NCBI GenBank assembly: GCA_964577145.1
Contig: CAZNXM010000002.1
Coordinates: 22,601-86,600, forward strand
DNA length: 64,000 nucleotides
DNA from: an uncultured Candidatus Poseidoniales archaeon
GTDB lineage: Archaea > Thermoplasmatota > Poseidoniia > Poseidoniales > Poseidoniaceae
Direction of reading: 5' to 3'
Position 1 is the first letter of the stretch. The number at the start of each line of letters is the position of its first letter. The notes under the pieces are model-generated. The model was given only the letters and a program-made list of their open reading frames with translations. It was not told the origin of the DNA and did no database searches. Both the position numbers and the translations under genes were made by a program. Shown here piece by piece: positions 57,612 to 64,000 of this stretch.

Positions 57612-60536
57612 ATGGGGCGCATTAACGAACACCGTTTCGAGAGGCTCACGCCCTTCAGAGTGAGGGATGTTCTGCTTGTTAGTAGCCCATATGACCAGTT
57701 CGTTCTCGAAGAGGAAGGAATGTTTGGTGTGCTAATGGCTGAGCAATATAGTAGCCTCAATCTTACTCAAGCGCCAAGAGTCATTCATGCTGATGACGCA
57801 GAGGTCGCATTAGAATTACTCCAGGAGAGAGATTTTGATTTAATCATCACAATGGCTCGTGTTGGAACGATGAGAGTCCATGAATTAGGTCGAAAGGCTA
57901 AGAAAATACAGCCACATATTCCGGTGGTATTACTTGCATATAACACAAGAGAATTAGCCACACTGCGAACTGGTTTCGCTATTGACCACATCTTTGTGTG
58001 GTCAGGAGATTCCAGTATTTTGCTTGCGATATCAAAGATGGTAGAGGACCGCCGAAATCTAGACCACGATATTGAAAACGGCGATGTTCAAGTTCTGTTG
58101 CTGGTTGAAGATTCTGCACGATTCTATTCGTCTTACTTACCCAGATTCTACCAATTGCTATTCGATCAGACAAGCCGTCTGATGTATGAAGGCTTCAATC
58201 TTCACGACAAAATGCTACGGTTAAGAGCCCGTGCTAAGGTATTGCTCGCAACAACTTACGAGGAGGCAAAAGGGCTCATCAATGCATATGGTGACAATAT
58301 GATTGGTCTATTCACCGATGGTAGATTCCCTCATAGAGGTCGACTGAAAGGTGATGCGGGATTGAAATTGGTAGAATCAGTACGCCGCTCTTATCCTCAC
58401 ATGCCAATTCTCTTTCAATCCACAGAAGAGGATAACCGTGAAGCTGCAGAAGCAAATAATTGTGTTTTCCTAGCAAAGGATGAGCCAAATCTGCATTCCC
58501 GAATTCGAGATTTCATGCAATCACACATGAGTTTTGGTGATTTCATCTTCAGGTTACCCGATGGAAAACAACTCGGTCGTGCAACCAATTTAGTGGAACT
58601 GCGCCGCATTCTTGAAGATGTACCACCAGAAAGTGTTCGCTTTCACGCTGAGCAAAATCATTTTTCGCATTGGCTTAGAACTCGTACCGAATTCGACCTT
58701 GCGCAAGAATTGCGCCCTCGTTCTACCGACGAATTCCAAGATATCGAAGAGGTCAGAGATTTCATTATCACTCGAATCAATGCCTTCCTGCAAATACAAA
58801 GAGAACGCGAAGTATTCGATTTCTCACCAGATGCAGCCAAGATTTCACGATTCCAGCGTCTCGGCAAAGGTTCACTTGGAGGCAAAGGTCGAGGTTTGGC
58901 TTTCTTTTTCACAAAGATGCGAGGGCTCGGTCTTAGAGATGATTTCCCCGATGTCAAAATTGTAGTTCCACGTACACTAATCGTTGCAACCGATGTGTTT
59001 GAAGGATTTATGAATGCCAATAAGTTGTATGAGTCAGTACTCAATGATGACATTAGTGATGAAGAAATCGCAGAGTTATTCATCGCAGGCAAATTCACAG
59101 CAGAGCAAAGGAAAATCGTTGAACAGGTTCTCGAGTTTACCGATTGGCCACTTGCGGTTAGATCATCTTCATTGCTAGAAGATGCTCTCCACCAACCCTT
59201 CGCTGGAGTATATTCAACCTACATGTTACCTAATGACAATCCCGAGTTGGAAGTTAGGGTCGAACAACTCATTCGCACCATCAAATTGGTCTATGCCTCT
59301 ACGTTCTATAGAAAAGCAAAAGCATATGTTTCCGCTACTCCAAACTCGATAGAGGAGGAAAGAATGGCAGTAGTCATCCAAGAATTAGTTGGGTCGCGTC
59401 ATGGCGACCTGTTCTATCCGACAATCAGTGGGGTAGCTAGGTCTCATAATCACTATCCAGTTGGTGATATCGAGCCAAGTGATGGATTGGCTGCAATGGC
59501 ACTTGGACTTGGGCGAACTGTTGCAGATGGAGAGAGGTGTCTACGAGTATCACCTGCCCATCCCAAGCGCGTACATCAGTTCGCGAGCACTGAAATGACA
59601 TTGAATACAGCCCAAAGGCAATTTTGGGCTGTAAAAATGGAAGAATTTTCGGGCACTATTGGCAGAGACCCCAATGTCACAATGGTTCGCAGTGACCTAT
59701 CTATTGCCGAGGAACATGGGCAACTAAAGCATATTGCGAGTACATATGTTGCTAGCGATGACCGAATACTCGATACCCTCGCTAGAGATGGTCCTAGAAT
59801 AATTACGATGCATGGTCCATTAAAACGGGGAAAAATCCCACTTGTTCCAATTCTAAAGGAAAGCCTCAGACGCTTAGAAGACGCATTGTCATGTCCGGTT
59901 GAAATTGAATTTGCGATGATTGATGATGCGGAGAAAGGTATCTGTAAATTCGCAATTGTACAACTTAGGCCACTGGTTGCTGATTTAGCAGATGTTGAAG
60001 TGGATCTAGACCTTGTCGATGAAGAAACCATGATACTACGTTCTAACCAATCACTTGGAAATGGGGTTATTGACAAAATATGTGATGTAGTCTACATCAA
60101 TCCAGATCGTCTTGACCGCCTCAAAACACTTGATTTAGTTCCGATAATTGAGAAGTTGAATCTCAAACTCAATCGTGCAAAGAGGCCTTACCTACTCATT
60201 GGACCAGGTAGATGGGGTTCGAGTGACCCCTCACTAGGAGTACCGGTTTCTTGGAGTCAAATTTCAGGTGCTTCAGCAATTGTCGAATGCGATATGGTAG
60301 ATATCAAAGTCGAGCCGAGTCAAGGAACTCATTTCTTCCAGAATATCGTATCATTCCAAGTCGGATATCTTACTGTAAAAGATACCGATGGTGGAGTTGA
60401 TTTCGATTGGCTCGATAGCCATGAACCCGAAATGGAAAATGGACCATTACGTCATATTGTATTGTCTGAGCCGTTACGCATTCTGCTTGACAGTAGACGA
60501 CAATGTGGCGCTGTACAAAGACCGGCTGATTCATGA
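57612..60536 (+). CDS. multidomain protein with a degenerate receiver-like domain, a receiver domain and a PEP/pyruvate-binding (PPDK_N ATP-grasp) domain
   Basis: Domain 1 has 'VLLVSSP...DLIITMARVGTM...PVVLLAYN', with the acidic pocket and phospho-Asp replaced. Domain 2 has 'VLLLVEDS...IGLFTDGRFP...PILFQST...FLAKD', with canonical residues retained. The PPDK_N motifs are 'GKGSLGGKGRGLAFF' and 'AVRSSSLLEDALHQPFAGVYSTY'. The C-terminus has 'LIGPGRWGSSDPSLGVPV'. Confidence 0.65.
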   Translation: MGRINEHRFERLTPFRVRDVLLVSSPYDQFVLEEEGMFGVLMAEQYSSLNLTQAPRVIHADDAEVALELLQERDFDLIITMARVGTMRVHELGRKAKKIQPHIPVVLLAYNTRELATLRTGFAIDHIFVWSGDSSILLAISKMVEDRRNLDHDIENGDVQVLLLVEDSARFYSSYLPRFYQLLFDQTSRLMYEGFNLHDKMLRLRARAKVLLATTYEEAKGLINAYGDNMIGLFTDGRFPHRGRLKGDAGLKLVESVRRSYPHMPILFQSTEEDNREAAEANNCVFLAKDEPNLHSRIRDFMQSHMSFGDFIFRLPDGKQLGRATNLVELRRILEDVPPESVRFHAEQNHFSHWLRTRTEFDLAQELRPRSTDEFQDIEEVRDFIITRINAFLQIQREREVFDFSPDAAKISRFQRLGKGSLGGKGRGLAFFFTKMRGLGLRDDFPDVKIVVPRTLIVATDVFEGFMNANKLYESVLNDDISDEEIAELFIAGKFTAEQRKIVEQVLEFTDWPLAVRSSSLLEDALHQPFAGVYSTYMLPNDNPELEVRVEQLIRTIKLVYASTFYRKAKAYVSATPNSIEEERMAVVIQELVGSRHGDLFYPTISGVARSHNHYPVGDIEPSDGLAAMALGLGRTVADGERCLRVSPAHPKRVHQFASTEMTLNTAQRQFWAVKMEEFSGTIGRDPNVTMVRSDLSIAEEHGQLKHIASTYVASDDRILDTLARDGPRIITMHGPLKRGKIPLVPILKESLRRLEDALSCPVEIEFAMIDDAEKGICKFAIVQLRPLVADLADVEVDLDLVDEETMILRSNQSLGNGVIDKICDVVYINPDRLDRLKTLDLVPIIEKLNLKLNRAKRPYLLIGPGRWGSSDPSLGVPVSWSQISGASAIVECDMVDIKVEPSQGTHFFQNIVSFQVGYLTVKDTDGGVDFDWLDSHEPEMENGPLRHIVLSEPLRILLDSRRQCGAVQRPADS

Positions 60537-60573
60537 GGGGTAGGCATGACGCCTCCTTTGGAGGCGATGGTCT

Positions 60574-62352
60574 ATGCGCGTTGCAGTTCTCAAGGAGGAC
60601 AACTGTCAACCAAAGAAATGCATGGACGAATGTCTGAATTTTTGCCCCCCTGTTCGTAATGGGCAAGAGTGCATTGTCATGGATGACCATAGCGGCAAAC
60701 CCCACATTTCTGAATCGCTTTGTATCGGTTGTGGAATTTGCGTGAACAAGTGTCCACACGATGCATTAATCATCACGCAGTTGCCTTCTGAACTCGAAAG
60801 TGATATGATTCACCGTTACTCTCTAAATGGCTTCAGAATGTTTCGCTTACCCACTCCGTCCAAGGAATCAGTGGTCGGAATACTTGGCCCTAACGGCATG
60901 GGGAAATCAACTGCTTTCAACATCTTATCAGGTGAATTAGTTCCCAACCTTGGCGATTTTGAGGCTGATGAAGTCTGGTGGGAGGATTGTATTGAGAGCC
61001 TTCCCCGTGGAGAATTACGTGATTTCCTCACCGATGTTTGTGATGCAGGAATTAAAGTAGCACTCAAACCGCAATACGTCGACCATCTTCCAAAGGCCTT
61101 CAAAGGCAAGGTAGGTACTCTCCTTGGAGCTGTAGATGAGCGCGGTGTGCTTGCTGAGATGGTTGAGAAATTGGGGCTTTCTCATTTGCAAGAGCGTAAC
61201 CTCGACCAGTTGAGTGGTGGGGAATTACAGAGGGTTGCGATTTGTGCGACTCTACTCAAGGATGCTGATGTCTATTTCTTCGATGAACCATCCTCCTATT
61301 TGGACATCCACGAGAGGATGCGAATAGTACGAATTATTCAGGAATTATCTGAGACTGCAAGAGTCATAGTTATCGAACACGATTTGGCAGTACTCGATGT
61401 ACTTGCAGATTTGGTTCATATCGTATATGGGCAGAAGGGTGCATTTGGAATTTTCACACCAGCGAGGTCGACTCGACAGGCGATCAATGCTTACCTGGAT
61501 GGTTTCCTAGTCGAACAAAATGTTCGAATCCGTGACAAGCCAATCAGATTCCAAACTCATACTGAGCGCACTGCAGAACTTGGATACACCGTAGTTGAGT
61601 GGGGTGGTATGGAGAAATCTCTTGGCGATTTCAAATTGAAAACCGGGGAAGGAAAGGTCCACCAGGCCGAAGTCGTCGGAGTTGTTGGACCAAATGGAAC
61701 CGGGAAATCTACGATGGTCAAAATTCTCGCTGGCGAGCATGAATATGATGCGGGCTGGGTAACAGCAGATGCAACAGTTTCCTACAAACCTCAGCATATC
61801 GATGTTGATATGGACTGCACAGTTCAGACCTGGCTCGATAGCGAAATCGGTATCAGTTGGCGTAGTGGTGAATTCAATGTCACCGTCATTAGAGCCTTAG
61901 GTGTTGATGACCTTCTGGCAAAGATGGTGAACACATTATCTGGAGGAGAAGCACAAGCTGTTGCTATCGCAATCTGTCTGGGTCGAGATGCTGACCTCTA
62001 TCTACTCGATGAGCCGAGTGCTCATCTTGATGCAAATGCTAGGATGGAGACAGCAAAGGCGATTCGCAGAACCATGGAATCCAATGAAAAGAGTGCATTC
62101 GTAATAGACCACGATGTTTACTTCATCGATATCGTGTCAGATACCCTCCTCGTCTTTGAGGGTGAAGGTGGCCATCACGGAATGGCAGAAGGGCCATTCC
62201 CATTGCGAGAGGGAATGAATCGCTTCCTCGCAGGAGTCGATGTTACCTTCCGCAGAGATCACGATTCTAAGCGTCCAAGAATCAACAAGTCTGCTTCACG
62301 TAAGGACCGTGAGCAGAGAATTAAGGGCGATTACTATTCATTCGATAGTTGA
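60574..62352 (+). CDS. abce1: ABCE1 / RNase L inhibitor-type ribosome recycling ATPase
   Basis: 'MRVAVLKEDNCQPKKC' plus 'CIGCGICVNKCP' form the N-terminal 4Fe-4S domain. There are two ABC cassettes: 'GPNGMGKST'/'LSGGELQR'/'FFDEPSS' and 'GPNGTGKST'/'LSGGEAQA'/'LLDEPSA'. Confidence 0.92.
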   Translation: MRVAVLKEDNCQPKKCMDECLNFCPPVRNGQECIVMDDHSGKPHISESLCIGCGICVNKCPHDALIITQLPSELESDMIHRYSLNGFRMFRLPTPSKESVVGILGPNGMGKSTAFNILSGELVPNLGDFEADEVWWEDCIESLPRGELRDFLTDVCDAGIKVALKPQYVDHLPKAFKGKVGTLLGAVDERGVLAEMVEKLGLSHLQERNLDQLSGGELQRVAICATLLKDADVYFFDEPSSYLDIHERMRIVRIIQELSETARVIVIEHDLAVLDVLADLVHIVYGQKGAFGIFTPARSTRQAINAYLDGFLVEQNVRIRDKPIRFQTHTERTAELGYTVVEWGGMEKSLGDFKLKTGEGKVHQAEVVGVVGPNGTGKSTMVKILAGEHEYDAGWVTADATVSYKPQHIDVDMDCTVQTWLDSEIGISWRSGEFNVTVIRALGVDDLLAKMVNTLSGGEAQAVAIAICLGRDADLYLLDEPSAHLDANARMETAKAIRRTMESNEKSAFVIDHDVYFIDIVSDTLLVFEGEGGHHGMAEGPFPLREGMNRFLAGVDVTFRRDHDSKRPRINKSASRKDREQRIKGDYYSFDS

Positions 62353-62362
62353 GGTTTGACCA

Positions 62363-63970
62363 ATGCCTGCTCAGAAACCACCCGAGGCCGTGAGTATTGG
62401 TCGAGCCCGTGGTCGCCTTTCAGCATCCTCTCTAACCACCTTTCGACGGTGTCCAAAGCAGTGGTTCCTCAACTACCGCATAGGTCTACGGGGACCTCTT
62501 TCTCCACATCAGGTAATGGGAATTGAAGTCGAAGATGGCTTATGCTCACTTCTGATGGAGCGTGCCCAACCAAGTGAGAGTTTGGAGGAATTATCGGAGT
62601 GGATATTGTCCAAGGTTCCAGAGATGGCAGCCAAAGTTCTCGAACAGGGTAGAAAGGTATTCGCTGATTCAATGTGGAGTGAGGGAGATTTTGACGAGCA
62701 TTTCAACAATGAACTCGTAGAGCAAATGCTCAGTAATGGACTCGGATTACAACTCGAAGAAGTAGCAGCTTGTCATCAAGCCGGAGGTGGCTTGTATGAA
62801 TTTGACATACCTGCGCCATGCTTTGACTCCCCCCCTCATTATGCACTTCCTGAAAAGGTCAACCAGAAGGTGAAGTGGAAAGATGAGCCTCATGAATTCA
62901 GTAAAGATGGGATTACTTGGGCTGATGCTTGGGAAATAGCACGCCCGTGGGTAAAAGACCCACGAAATCCTCAACCTCAACGCATGTACCATCCTGATAG
63001 ATGGGCCGCAGGTGAATGCGATCTAGTTCTACGATGGGATGGTAAGAATCGCATTGTTGACATCAAGATGGGAGATGGTGAGGGCAAATTCGCATCTTCG
63101 CTTGCTGACCAATTAAATTTCTACGCATGGTTGTGGAATGAGACTCATGACTCAAGTTGTGAAGGCCTTGAAGGATGGTACCTCACCAATGGATTACGCA
63201 AGGTCATAGAAGTCAATCCACTCTCAACCAAGGAATACAGGTCTGTTCTCAATCAAATGCAAGTATGGTCAAGCGACAATACCCTACCTCTTACTGAGCC
63301 ATGCGATGGTGAAGCAGGCGGTTGTCGTTGGTGCGCTACTACCGAAGTACCATATGATTCTCCAACGATTACTATCCCGCATGAACCTCTTTCTTCGATA
63401 CCGAGCAGAGTCAATGTCAAGGGTAAATTGCAAGGAGCATGGGGCCCGCTTCCCAATCATTACGGTGAGCCAGTATTAGGTGCAATGATTCAAGCAGGTG
63501 ACAAGATGGTCACGTTAGAAGAAAGCCAACCGGGAGCCTTCCCAGCGATGCACGATGCCCCTAATGGAGAAGTCATCATCACCGGCGCACTACCTGGAGT
63601 TTGGAGAAAACAACCACGACTCTATCTCGATAACCTCTCTACTATCGTTTCAGAAAGCGATGCTGAGTTAACCAGAATGGGAATGTTGCGCACTAAGGCT
63701 AATGTCGAAGGCGTAGTTCTGTCATGTCAAAGGAGAGACGGCAAGAGAATCGATGGCAGACCATGGTCGATGGTTTCTTTCCATTTATGGGATGGTGAGC
63801 GTGTTGCAGAGGCTGTGGCATTTGGTTCCTCAATCAATGGTACCATCCTCTCAATAGAGCCCGGTTGCGTGGTTAGAATGACTTCAGCAGAACTTGGATG
63901 GCGAGAAGGGTTGGTGCAATTACGCATTGATTCAAGGTCAACTAGAATCACAGTAGTTCCGAAGGATTGA
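62363..63970 (+). CDS. Cas4/RecB-like PD-(D/E)XK nuclease with Fe-S cysteines, fused to two C-terminal OB-fold-like domains
   Basis: The N-terminal 'LSASSLTTFRRCPKQWFLNYRIGL' is a typical Cas4/AddB-type start with the first Cys. It also has 'ECDLVLRWDGKNRIVDIKMG' (D...D-x-K), 'QLNFYAWLW' (QxxxY) and 'CDGEAGGCRWC' (a 3-Cys cluster). The C-terminal 'VNVKGKLQG...VIITGAL' and 'ANVEGVVLSCQRRDG...FHLWDGERVAEAVAFG...IEPGCVVRMTSAELG' look like OB barrels. Confidence 0.55.
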   Translation: MPAQKPPEAVSIGRARGRLSASSLTTFRRCPKQWFLNYRIGLRGPLSPHQVMGIEVEDGLCSLLMERAQPSESLEELSEWILSKVPEMAAKVLEQGRKVFADSMWSEGDFDEHFNNELVEQMLSNGLGLQLEEVAACHQAGGGLYEFDIPAPCFDSPPHYALPEKVNQKVKWKDEPHEFSKDGITWADAWEIARPWVKDPRNPQPQRMYHPDRWAAGECDLVLRWDGKNRIVDIKMGDGEGKFASSLADQLNFYAWLWNETHDSSCEGLEGWYLTNGLRKVIEVNPLSTKEYRSVLNQMQVWSSDNTLPLTEPCDGEAGGCRWCATTEVPYDSPTITIPHEPLSSIPSRVNVKGKLQGAWGPLPNHYGEPVLGAMIQAGDKMVTLEESQPGAFPAMHDAPNGEVIITGALPGVWRKQPRLYLDNLSTIVSESDAELTRMGMLRTKANVEGVVLSCQRRDGKRIDGRPWSMVSFHLWDGERVAEAVAFGSSINGTILSIEPGCVVRMTSAELGWREGLVQLRIDSRSTRITVVPKD

Positions 63971-64000
63971 AGACCCTGCGACAACGGCTTTGGCAGTCAT

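Overview
Compact window, roughly 95% coding, with about 49 protein genes. I found no rRNA, tRNA, CRISPR array, transposase or integrase by eye. The gene content is an archaeal information-processing and lipid core: an RPA operon, Hel308, Cgi121, ABCE1, ribosomal protein L10e, a class-III-signal pilin, and a polyprenyl synthase plus geranylgeranyl reductase. This is mixed with bacterial-type genes: GyrB/GyrA, MutS/MutL, a class II tRNA nucleotidyltransferase, TldD/PmbA and an acyl-CoA dehydrogenase. There are also many peptidases and large secreted or membrane-anchored proteins. This mixture and the moderate GC content fit a planktonic Thermoplasmatota archaeon such as Marine Group II/Poseidoniales, but that is inference only and cannot be verified here. 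Several ORF-track N-termini look over-extended, so I re-set those starts using conserved N-termini, Shine-Dalgarno-like GGAGG motifs and neighbouring gene ends. I see no obvious defence island. The candidates most worth follow-up are listed here.
- A split-platform Epd/Tad-like type IV filament module directly behind the RPA operon, preceded by an orphan beta-rich 117-aa protein.
- A Cas4/RecB-like Fe-S nuclease fused to two RPA-like OB folds.
- A 974-aa protein with a pseudo-receiver, a receiver and a PPDK-N ATP-grasp domain but no phosphohistidine or PEP domains.
- A triple-SAP protein divergent from a possible ESCRT-III/PspA-like coiled-coil protein.
- A degenerate HemC-like protein.
- A PCMT-like / HEAT / M61-PDZ operon.
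- A set of short GC-rich intergenic stem-loops, one of which sequesters a ribosome-binding site.
All family calls come from motif recognition by eye and need HMM or structure confirmation.
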